A DNA stretch of 37,275 nucleotides from Gemmatimonadaceae bacterium (GTDB lineage: Bacteria > Gemmatimonadota > Gemmatimonadetes > Gemmatimonadales > Gemmatimonadaceae), in NCBI GenBank assembly GCA_035702925.1, contig DASSZC010000436.1, positions 1-37,275 of the forward strand, given 5' to 3'. Below, one piece after another: positions 25,904 through 34,268 of this stretch (the stretch's first letter is position 1; every line of letters begins with the position of its first letter). The notes below the pieces were generated by a model, which ran no database searches, had not been told where the DNA came from, and saw only the letters and a list, made by a program, of their open reading frames with translations. The position numbers and the translations under genes are program-made.

Positions 25904-27754
25904 TTACCGCGGCGGAGGGCGGTTCCCCGCGTCGTTCGCTCGCTGGATGCTGTCGAGGCGCAGCCGGGCCCGCTGGATGCTGTCGAGGCGCGCGCGCCGG
26001 CGCTCGATCTCCTGGCGAATCGTTTCCCGTTCGGCGGCGAGCGACTCGACGCGGGCGACGGTATCACGACGGGCGCGGGCGGAGGCGCTGTCGGCGATGA
26101 CCACCGGGGGATTCATCGGTGCCTCGGGCAGCGGCTGCCGGGGTTCGACGCTGGGCGTTACGGGGAGCGCCGCCGGCCGCTGGCCGACGGTCGAGGGCCG
26201 AGGCTGTGTGCGCGCCGCGGCGCGGCGTGAAGCGCCGGGCACGGGCGCGATGCCGCCAGCGGACACCGATTCGCGCACCCCTGCCGAGCGAGAGCCGGTC
26301 CCCGTGAGCGAGTCCACGCCGCGGCCAGGCTCGCTCGCCGCCGCGGCCGACGGGCGGCGGTGGGCGACCGTGTAGCCGATCACGACGCCGAGCAGCAGCC
26401 CGGTCGCGGCGATCGCACCGGCGGCGAGGAGCCGCGAGCGCTTCCGGAGGAGGGTCACCCCCCGCCCCATGCGCGCCCCGATCATGGCGCCGGCGGCGGC
26501 AACGCTCACCGCCCTGCCTAACGGTGACGGTTCGACGCTCCGGGCCATCGGGCGCTCGCTGTCCGCTGGCACCGGCGGCGGCGCTTCGGTGACGACGGGG
26601 ACTCCCGCGCGTGGCGACCGCCGATGCGCGACGTAGGCGCGGGGAAGGATGCGTCCCTCGCTGTCGCTCGCGACGGGGACCCCTCCCGGAACGACGCGTG
26701 GAATGCCGGTCGGCGAGCGACGCCGTGGCGGCGCCGACGGAGGAGGAGCCGGTGCCGGCGGGGTCGCGGCGATCGCCGGAGCACCGGGCGGGGTCAGCCT
26801 CGGCCGGCGAGGAGCGGCAACCGGGGGTGGGGGTGGTGCGCTGCCTAACGATGCGCCCGGGCCGCTGATCACGCGCGGGTCACCGCCGCCCTGGGGAGCG
26901 GCCGGCTCGGCGACGAGGTCGGCGGCGCCGCGCGCGGCCATCGGGAGCGGCATGTCGAGCGACAGCGCGCCACGGTCATCGACGACCGGATACGCCGAGC
27001 GTGGCGGCTCGAGCGCGACGACGCTCATGCGCGCCTCGTTCGGCTCCGCGCCGCGGATCGCTCCGGAGCAGACGCAGCCAACCGCCGGCGCGGGATCGAT
27101 GAGAGCGTCCTTGCGGGCGAGCACGAGGTCGGCGAGCTCCGAGGCGAAGTCGCCCCCCTTCATCGTCTCGACGATGAAATGCTCGCGCGACCAGAGCATC
27201 TCGGCGAATGGCAGGCCGCCGGGCGCGGAGAGGTGCCGCCGGCGGTCAGGGGGGATGACCGACTCGAACACCTCGGGTTGCGCCGCGAGATCGATCCCGC
27301 GGTCGGCGAGCTGCGCGAGGAGCTCCTCAGGGGTCAGCCGCGCATCGATCGAATCGTCGGCTGCCGCCGGGCAGCGACCGGCGTAGGTGATCCGAAGCTC
27401 ACCCGCCGCATTGAGGCGGATGTAGCGAGCGGCGGCGACGGGGGGCGCGACGAGGGAGATGAGGTGCGGTGCCAGCTCGGAGCCGACCCCGAGAACGCGG
27501 CGCGCAACGTGCGGACAGGCGCAGTGAATGGCGGGCCGGGTCGCACGGCCACTGAGGGCGTCGAGCGTCGCACCCGCAACGAGCTCGTCTCCCCAGCTGG
27601 CAGGAATCACAGCGCGGAAGCCGGCGGCGAGGCAGGCATGCGCGAGCTGCACAGGGGCAGCGGGTCGCGCGGCCAGCATCGCGTCGTTGCCGAGAATCAC
27701 CACGGCCGGCGCGCTCGAGGCGCGGAAGTCTGCGAGTGGTGGCAACGGCGACAC
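25904..27754 (-). CDS. membrane-anchored protein with an N-terminal [FeFe]-hydrogenase-large-subunit-like (Fe_hyd_lg_C-like) domain, a Pro-rich linker, a TM helix and a C-terminal coiled-coil
   Basis: Track ORF. The N-terminal roughly 250 aa parallel the hydrogenase-like fold: IHCACPHVARRV...LISLVAPPVAAARYIR...ITYAGRCPAAADD..DARLTPEEL...APGGL...GCVCSGAIRG. A PPPPP/APAPPP linker follows, then TM LLAAGAIAATGLLLGVVIGYTV and the repeat RLDSIQRA. Confidence 0.6.
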   Translation of the reverse strand: MSPLPPLADFRASSAPAVVILGNDAMLAARPAAPVQLAHACLAAGFRAVIPASWGDELVAGATLDALSGRATRPAIHCACPHVARRVLGVGSELAPHLISLVAPPVAAARYIRLNAAGELRITYAGRCPAAADDSIDARLTPEELLAQLADRGIDLAAQPEVFESVIPPDRRRHLSAPGGLPFAEMLWSREHFIVETMKGGDFASELADLVLARKDALIDPAPAVGCVCSGAIRGAEPNEARMSVVALEPPRSAYPVVDDRGALSLDMPLPMAARGAADLVAEPAAPQGGGDPRVISGPGASLGSAPPPPPVAAPRRPRLTPPGAPAIAATPPAPAPPPSAPPRRRSPTGIPRVVPGGVPVASDSEGRILPRAYVAHRRSPRAGVPVVTEAPPPVPADSERPMARSVEPSPLGRAVSVAAAGAMIGARMGRGVTLLRKRSRLLAAGAIAATGLLLGVVIGYTVAHRRPSAAAASEPGRGVDSLTGTGSRSAGVRESVSAGGIAPVPGASRRAAARTQPRPSTVGQRPAALPVTPSVEPRQPLPEAPMNPPVVIADSASARARRDTVARVESLAAERETIRQEIERRRARLDSIQRARLRLDSIQRANDAGNRPPPR

Positions 27755-27871
27755 GCGTGAGTCTGCTTCAAAGCGAGGACGCTCGCAAGGAAGCGAAAAT
27801 CATGCGCGAAGTCCAGAGCGGCCCGGACATTGCAAAAAGTTGAGGGGTTGATCCACTTACAAGGGGCGGGG

Positions 27872-28615
27872 ATGGTCGAAGCAGTAGTCGCGCGCAATCC
27901 GGGCCGTCTGTCGGCTGAGGAGCGCGCCTCCATCGCGGCGTACGCAGCTCGGGCAACGTGGCCCAGTGGGTTCGTGATCTACCAGCGCGGCGCGTCGGCT
28001 GACGGCATCTTCGTGGTGCTGCGCGGGCGTGTCGTCCTGCGGAGCCGAGTGCGCGCGGGGCGAGGGTTCGTCCCCGGGATCTCCTGCCCCGGCGAGACTT
28101 TCGGCGCGGAGGGTCTCGCGCAGAACGCACGCTACGCCACCGACGCTCGTGCCGACGAAGAGACGGAGACGCTCCATCTCAGTGGCGCGCGCTTCCGCGC
28201 CTTCGTCCGCGAGCAGCCCCAGCACGCGCTCGCCCTCGTGAGCCAGGTGATGTGCGAGCGGGCCGGTCTCCTCGACCGCCTGCGCGAGCTGACCACGTTG
28301 AGCGTCGAGCAGCGGCTCGTCTCGACGCTGCTTCGCCTCGCCAGCAGTGAAGGGTTCGCGGCGGGTGATGGCTCGCTGGTCCTCGATGCCTCGCGCTACC
28401 GCCTGCTCTGCGAGATGGTGGGGGCGACGCGCGAGTCGGTGTCGCTGGTGCTCGCGAAGCTGATCGGCGAGGGGCTGGCGACGCGTGACGGCGCCGTGGT
28501 CACCGTCGAACCGCCGGCGCGACTCGCGTCGAAGCTCGACCAGACGTGGATCGATGGGGAGATGATGCTCCACCTCAACGGGGCCCAGGACCGGGAGCGG
28601 CGCGCACTCACCTGA
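27872..28615 (+). CDS. Crp/Fnr-family transcriptional regulator (cNMP-binding domain plus HTH)
   Basis: Track ORF 27830..28615 trimmed to the ATG at 27872. The beta-roll reads FVIYQRGASADGIFVVLRGRVVL...GETFGAEGL. The C-terminal HTH is MVGATRESVSLVLAKLIGEGL. There is no N-terminal Cys cluster, so it is CRP-like rather than FNR-like. Confidence 0.85.
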   Translation: MVEAVVARNPGRLSAEERASIAAYAARATWPSGFVIYQRGASADGIFVVLRGRVVLRSRVRAGRGFVPGISCPGETFGAEGLAQNARYATDARADEETETLHLSGARFRAFVREQPQHALALVSQVMCERAGLLDRLRELTTLSVEQRLVSTLLRLASSEGFAAGDGSLVLDASRYRLLCEMVGATRESVSLVLAKLIGEGLATRDGAVVTVEPPARLASKLDQTWIDGEMMLHLNGAQDRERRALT

Positions 28616-28656
28616 GCGTCTATATTTCCGCTTCGATCCTCCGAGAGGCTCCAACG

Positions 28657-29037
28657 ATGGCGAACGGCGCGGCGTCCGGCGATTCCCATCGCGACGCGCG
28701 GCAGGATGGTCCCGAGGCTCCCCTGCCGGAACTCACCCCGCGAGAGCTGGCCGAGCTGCTGGTGCGGGGCGAGACTCCGTTCATCCTCGACGTGCGCGAG
28801 CCACACGAGCACGCGTACGCGCGGATCGGCGGGTCCGAGCTGATCCCTCTCGGGGCACTGCACCGGACGATCGACACACTGCCGCGGGAGCGCGACGTCG
28901 TCGTCTACTGCCATCATGGGATTCGCAGCGCGCACGCGGTGGAGATGCTGCGCGGCGCCGGCGTCCGCGCGCGCAACCTGTCCGGCGGGATCGACCGCTG
29001 GAGCACCGAGGTCGACCCATCGGTCCGACGTTACTGA
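28657..29037 (+). CDS. single-domain rhodanese sulfurtransferase
   Basis: In-frame ATG inside track ORF 28546..29037. Contains FILDVREPHE and the active-site loop YCHHGIRS. Confidence 0.85.
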   Translation: MANGAASGDSHRDARQDGPEAPLPELTPRELAELLVRGETPFILDVREPHEHAYARIGGSELIPLGALHRTIDTLPRERDVVVYCHHGIRSAHAVEMLRGAGVRARNLSGGIDRWSTEVDPSVRRY

Positions 29038-29042
29038 TCGCC

Positions 29043-29930
29043 TTGCCCGTCGCGCTCGGCGCAGTCCTCTGGCAGGGCCGCCGGTCAGCGCGAGCGCTGG
29101 CGAGCGAGGTCGCTGCCCGCCTGCAGGTCGGGGGCGACGGGATCATCGAGGGCGCGGGACCGATCGCGCGCGAGGCGCCCGGGGGACGGGCAGTGCTCCT
29201 CCTGCACGGCTTCGGCGATACCCCGCAGACGCTGCACTACGTCGCCGACGCCCTGCAGGCCGCGGGGTACACCGTGCGCGCCCCGCTCCTCCCCGGGCAC
29301 GGGCGCACGCTGGCGGAGTTCGGCGCGACGCGCGCCAAGCAGTGGATCGCCGCCGCCCGCGACGCGTACGCGGAGCTGTCGGGCACCTTCGGTCCGTCGC
29401 CGGTGGTCGGGCTGTCGATGGGCGGAGCGTTAGGCATCGTGCTCGCGGCCGAGACCCCGACCATCCCCGCGCTGGCGCTGGTCGCGCCGTACGTCAGCGT
29501 CCCGCGGCGCGCGCGGTTCGTCGCCCGCTTCCATCCGCTGTGGGAGCTGGTCACGCCGTACTTCCGCTCCGGCGGCGAGCGCTCGATCCTCGACCCGGTC
29601 GAACGTGAGCGGGCACTCGGGTACGGTGTCCTGACGCCGCGGCTGCTCTTCGAGCTGTCGCGGGTGGTGCGGCGCGTCCAGGTGTCGCTCCCGCGTGTCC
29701 GCGTGCCGACGCTGGTGATCCACGGGCGGAACGACGAGCGGATCCCTCCCGACGCCGCGGCGCGGGAATACGCGCGCCTCGGCGCGCCGGAGAAGGAGCT
29801 GGTCTGGATGGCGCAGGGCGGGCACGTGCTGACCGTCGACTACGGGCGCGAGCGAGTCATCGAGCTCATTCTCGACTGGCTGGCGCGGCACCCCGCGGGG
29901 CGCGGCGGCGGGGTACCGGCGCAGCGCTAG
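29043..29930 (+). CDS. alpha/beta-fold hydrolase (carboxylesterase/lysophospholipase-like)
   Basis: Track ORF (TTG start, uncertain). Contains VLLLHGFGDTP, the nucleophile elbow GLSMGG, and HGRNDERIP...GGH. Confidence 0.8.
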   Translation: MPVALGAVLWQGRRSARALASEVAARLQVGGDGIIEGAGPIAREAPGGRAVLLLHGFGDTPQTLHYVADALQAAGYTVRAPLLPGHGRTLAEFGATRAKQWIAAARDAYAELSGTFGPSPVVGLSMGGALGIVLAAETPTIPALALVAPYVSVPRRARFVARFHPLWELVTPYFRSGGERSILDPVERERALGYGVLTPRLLFELSRVVRRVQVSLPRVRVPTLVIHGRNDERIPPDAAAREYARLGAPEKELVWMAQGGHVLTVDYGRERVIELILDWLARHPAGRGGGVPAQR

Positions 29931-29956
29931 GATGGCCGCGCCGGCTACGTGAAACG

Positions 29957-29990
29957 CGACGAGGGCCCGCCAGAAGGCGGGCCCTCGTCG
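29957..29990. terminator. GC-rich hairpin between convergent genes (possible bidirectional terminator)
   Basis: CGACGAGGGCCCGCC-AGAA-GGCGGGCCCTCGTCG, with a perfect 15-bp stem. There is no strong U-tract on either side. Confidence 0.5.
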
Positions 29991-30006
29991 TCATGCAACA
30001 CGAGCG

Positions 30007-30456
30007 CTAGAAGCGGTCCTGCACCTTCTCGACGACGGTTCCCATCGTGTCCTTGACCACGCCGGCGGCATCAGCCGCCTGCTGAAGCACCGCGCCACCG
30101 ACACGCTTCACGCGCTCGATCGGCGACTGCGAGCGCGACGACCGGCTGCTCCCGCCGGAGGACTTGCGCGCCGAGGACTTGCGACCCGACGACGACGCCT
30201 TGCGGGCAGAGGACTTCTTCGCCGCGCCGGCCGAACGGGTGCTCGGGCGCTTGCTGCTGCTCTTCTTCGCGGCGCCGCGAGCGGTCGGACGACGTGCCGA
30301 CGACTTCTTCGCGCTGCTCTTCTTCGCACTGCTACCGCGCTTGGCGCCGCCGCGCTTCGCCGCGCCCTTCCTGGCACCGCTACGCTTCGCGCCTGCACGC
30401 TTGCCGCCGCTGGATCGCTTGGCGCCGCCGCGTGACGACTTGGCTCGTGTTGCCAT
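30007..30456 (-). CDS. highly basic Lys/Ala/Ser/Arg-rich repeat protein (histone-H1-like tail plus a short ordered C-terminus)
   Basis: Track ORF 30007..30498 trimmed to MATRAKSS, which follows a GAGGA. About 110 aa consist of GAKRS/AKKSS/ARKSS-type repeats. The protein ends PIERVKRVGGAVLQQAADAAGVVKDTMGTVVEKVQDRF. Confidence 0.65.
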   Translation of the reverse strand: MATRAKSSRGGAKRSSGGKRAGAKRSGARKGAAKRGGAKRGSSAKKSSAKKSSARRPTARGAAKKSSSKRPSTRSAGAAKKSSARKASSSGRKSSARKSSGGSSRSSRSQSPIERVKRVGGAVLQQAADAAGVVKDTMGTVVEKVQDRF

Positions 30457-30615
30457 TGTTGTCTGTCCTCGTGAAGGTTGTAACGGGCGCAACCGCAATT
30501 TCCGCGCACAAGCTGAGGCGTGAACTCGGCGACCGTCAGGCGGGCGTTTCGCAGCGGTCGTCGGATGGTCGAAATCTGCCCGCGTCCGGCCGTGATGACC
30601 GCTCGCGGGAAGCGA

Positions 30616-30867
30616 TCATCGCCGCTCCTCCGCGAGGCGCCATGCGTCGACCAGGTCGGCGAGGGGGGCGAGCGCGGGGTCGGGGAAATCCGCCGGCACC
30701 TCGGCGCGGCGAAAGCGCCCGTCGTCGGCGAAGAAGAGCAGATAGAGCCGGCGCTCCTCGGTGTCGCGGCGCGTCCGGATCCGCGCCATCTCGTGGCGAC
30801 GGGCGACGCGCCACCAGCTGCCATCGGGCATCTCGATCCGGCGCGCATCGGGAGGTGGCCCTGTCAT
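30616..30867 (-). CDS. small hypothetical protein (83 aa)
   Basis: Track ORF 30616..30948 trimmed to MTGPPPDARRIEMPDGSWW. High GC3. No recognisable motif. Confidence 0.45.
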   Translation of the reverse strand: MTGPPPDARRIEMPDGSWWRVARRHEMARIRTRRDTEERRLYLLFFADDGRFRRAEVPADFPDPALAPLADLVDAWRLAEERR

Positions 30868-30998
30868 CGTCCGTCGCGTCGCATGGCGGAGCATAACGGG
30901 AACGGAAAGGCACGCGCAACGGAAGCGAAGCTGCGGCGCGGTGATCACGCTCGTATATTCCCGCCCGTTCCTTCGCCTGTTCGCTACTCGAGGAGACC

Positions 30999-31667
30999 AT
31001 GACGAAATTCACGACGCTCCTGCTCGCCGCGGCGCTCGCGGCGTGCAGCACGAAGACGAGCCGCGCCTCCGATACCACCGCGCATCCCCCCGCCGACCCC
31101 GACGTGGCGGTGAAGGGGGCGGGAATCCCGGTGGGGTACACCGCGATCACCGACGACACGACCGCGCAGATCACGAACGCGCGCTACGTGACGCAGGCGG
31201 GGAACTGGGAGATCACGACCGGCCCGGCGCACATCATCTTCGCGCCGAAGGACACGGCGAGCGGAGTGTACACCGCGACCGCGAGCTTCGCGCAGCTCGA
31301 GGCGCCTCGCCACCCCGAGGGCTACGGGCTGTTCATCGGCGGGCGCGACCTCGAGTCGCCGAATCGCGCGTACACCTACTTCCTCGTCCGCGGCAACGGG
31401 CAGTTCCTGGTGAAGAGCCGCGCCGGCGCGAAGACGAGCGACGTCCTCGCGTGGCGGGCCGACCCCGCGGTCTCGACGGCGGACAGCACGGGGCGGGCGA
31501 GGTACCGGCTGTCGATTCGCGTCGCCGCCGATTCGGTGCGGTTCATGGTCGACGACAAGCAGGTTGGCGCGGTGAAGACGGGGACGATCGCGACGAACGG
31601 GATCGCGGGGCTGCGCATCAACCACAACCTCCACGTCACGACCTCGCCCGTCGCCATCGCGCGATAG
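30999..31667 (+). CDS. lipoprotein of unknown function (possible jelly-roll/DUF1080-like domain)
   Basis: Track ORF. GAGGAG lies upstream of the ATG. The signal peptide carries the lipobox LAAC. Beta-rich sequence. Confidence 0.75.
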   Translation: MTKFTTLLLAAALAACSTKTSRASDTTAHPPADPDVAVKGAGIPVGYTAITDDTTAQITNARYVTQAGNWEITTGPAHIIFAPKDTASGVYTATASFAQLEAPRHPEGYGLFIGGRDLESPNRAYTYFLVRGNGQFLVKSRAGAKTSDVLAWRADPAVSTADSTGRARYRLSIRVAADSVRFMVDDKQVGAVKTGTIATNGIAGLRINHNLHVTTSPVAIAR

Positions 31668-31685
31668 CGGGCACCCGCCGCGCCG

Positions 31686-32699
31686 TTAGGCGCCGGCGGC
31701 GGGCCGCGGCGGCATCCGCCGCGTCCGCTCGTCACCCAGTACCCAGCAGCGGTCCGCGGGAAGATGCCGAGCCGCCCAGGCGTCGAGCGCGCGTCTGGGC
31801 GGCTCGTCCATCGGTTCGTCGGTGAGGCGGAAAGTCCCCCAGTGCGTCGCGAGCAGCACGGGGGCGGGCGCTCCCGCGCCGGCGCCGAGATCCACGGCGG
31901 CGGACACCGCTTCCTCGGCGTTCATGTGCACGGGCCGCATGAACCAGCGCGGCTCATACGCGCCGATCGGAAGGAGCGCGAGATCGAAGGGCCCTAGCCG
32001 GCGGCCGATCTCGACGAACTCGGGATGGTAGCCCGTGTCGCCGCCGAAGAGAACGCGCCATCCATGCGCTGCGATCGCGAAGCCCGCCCACAAGGTGCTG
32101 TCGCGATTGGCGAGCGAGCGGCCGCTGAAATGCTGCGCGGGGACGGCGGTGATGATGGTGTCGGCGGCCCTCGTCGACTGCCACCAGTCGAGCTCGGCCA
32201 CCTGCGCAACGCCGAAACTGGTGAGCAGTCCGCCGACGCCGAGGGGGGCGACCCAGCGTGCCGCCGGGTGCGCGATGGCGAGGGCACGGATCGTTGGCGC
32301 GTCGAGGTGGTCGTAGTGGTCGTGGGAGAGGACGACGACGTCGATCGGCGGCAGCGAGGCGAGGGATATCGCCGGAGGAACGAGCCGGCGCGGCCCGGCC
32401 CACGAGACCGGCGACGCGCGCTCGCTCCAGATCGGGTCGGTGAGCACGTTCATCGCGCCGACCTGCAGGAGGACCGTCGAATGGCCGATCCACGTGGCGC
32501 GCAGCGAGCCGTCGTCCTGCCGTGGGTGCACGATGGCCGAGCGACCGACCGCGAGCGGCGAGCGGTCGGCGACACGCTCGCCGCGCAGCCGCCTAACGGC
32601 GCGGCCGGCGGCCCAGCGGAGAACGGCGGAAAATCCCTGCGGTCGGGCGCCGGGCCATGGATTGCGGTAGCCGCCGCCGGGTGCGTGGTGCTCGGTCAT
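31686..32699 (-). CDS. MBL-fold metallo-hydrolase (NAPE-PLD-like)
   Basis: C-terminal 337 aa of track ORF 31686..34163, starting MTEHHAPGGGYRNPWPG. Metal motif VVLSHDHYDHLD. The N-terminal roughly 490 aa of the track ORF are antisense to the NHL gene. Confidence 0.85.
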   Translation of the reverse strand: MTEHHAPGGGYRNPWPGARPQGFSAVLRWAAGRAVRRLRGERVADRSPLAVGRSAIVHPRQDDGSLRATWIGHSTVLLQVGAMNVLTDPIWSERASPVSWAGPRRLVPPAISLASLPPIDVVVLSHDHYDHLDAPTIRALAIAHPAARWVAPLGVGGLLTSFGVAQVAELDWWQSTRAADTIITAVPAQHFSGRSLANRDSTLWAGFAIAAHGWRVLFGGDTGYHPEFVEIGRRLGPFDLALLPIGAYEPRWFMRPVHMNAEEAVSAAVDLGAGAGAPAPVLLATHWGTFRLTDEPMDEPPRRALDAWAARHLPADRCWVLGDERTRRMPPRPAAGA

Positions 32700-32801
32700 C
32701 TGTGAATCGGGGACGAGTGCAACGGCGCGCCGGGAGGGACGCGGGAATGGCGCGAAGATTGATCGCTCGCGTGGCGAGCGGGATCCCTTCATTCCAGTAA
32801 C

Positions 32802-34238
32802 ATGCCAGCGATGGATGTTCCCAGAGTACGCGCGCCCGGCTTTCCCGAGGGACTGGATTGGATCGGCACCGGCGGTCGCGCGCTGACGCTGGCCGACCTG
32901 CGGGGAAGGATCACGATCCTCGACTTCTGGACCTACGGCTGAATCAACTGCATCCACATCCTCCCGCAGTTGCGGGAGCTCGAGGGGCGGTTCAGCGAGG
33001 AGCTCGCGGTCATCGGCGTCCATAGCGGGAAGTTCATCGCCGAGCGCGAGACTGCACGGATCGCCGACGCCGCGCGACGGCTCGGTGTCGCGCATCCGGT
33101 CGTCAATGATCGCCAGTTCCGCGTCTGGCGGGGCTACGCGGTGCGGGCGTGGCCGACGATCGTGGTCATCGATCCGGAAGGGTACGTGGTCGGCATGCAC
33201 GCGGGAGAGTTCACCGCCGGGATGGTCGCGCCGGCGATCGAGCGGATCGTCGCCGATGCGGGAGCGACGCTGAGACGGAGCAGCGCCGCGCCCGCCGCCG
33301 ACGCGCGCGAGCCCAGGGCGCTGCGCTATCCGGGGAAGGTGGCGGTCGCCGGCAAGCGTATCGCGATCGCCGACTCCGGCAACGACCGCGTGCTCGTCGG
33401 GGAGCTGGACGGTGCGCGGGCGAGGATCACCTGCGTGTTCGGCGCGACGCGCGGGTTTCGTGATGGCGGAGAGCCGCTGTTCGACCATCCGCAGGGGCTC
33501 CTGTTCGATGGTGATGCGCTCCTCGTCGCTGACGCCTTCAATCACGCGATTCGCGAGATCGACCTGATCTCCGGGAGGACGCGGACGATCGCCGGCACCG
33601 GCAAGCAGCTGCGAACACGCGCCGACGAGCGAACGGGTGCGCTCTCCTCGCCCTGGGACCTGGCCCGCGCCGGCGATCGCGTCGCGATAGCGATGGCCGG
33701 GAATCATCGGCTGTACATGCTCGACCGGACCGCGGCGAGGGCCCGCGCAATCGCGGGGAGCGGCGCGGAAGAGCTTCACGACGGCCCGATCGCGGATGCC
33801 GCGCTTGCCCAGCCGATGGGGATCTGCGCCGACGAGCGCAGGATCTGGTTCGCCGACGCCGAGTCGAGCGCGGTCCGCGTCGCCGACGTGGAGGCGGAGG
33901 GGAGCGTCGCCACCCTCGTCGGAACGGGGCTGTTCGACTTCGGCGACGTCGACGGCGAGGGGGAGGAGGTCCGGCTGCAGCATCCGCAGGGGATCCTGCG
34001 CATGGCTGACGGACGACTGCTCGTCGTCGACACGTACAACGATGCGCTCAAGTGGCTCGAGCCGGCGAGCCGGCGGGTGACGACGTGGGTGCGCGGGCTG
34101 CACGAGCCGGGCGGTGCCGCACTCGGCGACGGCGTCGTCTACGTCGCGGACACGAATGCGCACCGGATCGCGATCGTCTCGCTCGACGACGGGACGGTCG
34201 GGACGCTGTCGCTGGACTGGGGTACAGCGGGGAGCTGA
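32802..34238 (+). CDS. thioredoxin-fold (TlpA/DipZ/NHLRC2-like redoxin) plus NHL-repeat protein with in-frame TGA at 32940-32942 (candidate selenocysteine, U-I-N-C)
   Basis: The frame of track ORF 32970..34238 extends upstream through a single TGA to the ATG at 32802. The translation reads [80 protein letters not shown]... The stretch upstream of the TGA is the conserved beta-strand and WxY segment preceding CxxC in this family. Downstream are NHL repeats ([55 protein letters not shown]). Confidence 0.7.
32961..32978 (+). promoter_or_regulatory. SECIS-like stem-loop downstream of the in-frame TGA
   Basis: CTCCCGC-AGTT-GCGGGAG, a 7-bp GC-rich stem with a 4-nt loop containing GU. It starts 18 nt after the TGA. 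AACTG (32946-32950) may pair with CGGTT downstream to extend the stem. Confidence 0.4.
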
Positions 34239-34268
34239 CGCGTCAGGCGCGTGGCTCCGCGTACGCGC

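Noticed and set aside
25941-25991. 21-bp direct repeat CGCTGGATGCTGTCGAGGCGC, two copies 30 bp apart
   Set aside because: It lies in frame within gene 25904..27754 and encodes a duplicated RLDSIQRA coiled-coil unit. It is not a mobile-element end or a CRISPR-like repeat.
27836-27866. TTGAGGGGTTGATCCACTTACAA upstream of the crp-like gene as an FNR/CRP autoregulatory box
   Set aside because: Only one good half-site (TTGAT) is present. The second half (TTACA against ATCAA) is too degenerate to call without a motif model.
31686-34163. 825-aa minus-strand ORF
   Set aside because: Only the C-terminal 337 aa (from MTEHHAPGGGYRNPWPG) resemble an MBL-fold hydrolase. The rest is antisense to the NHL-repeat gene.
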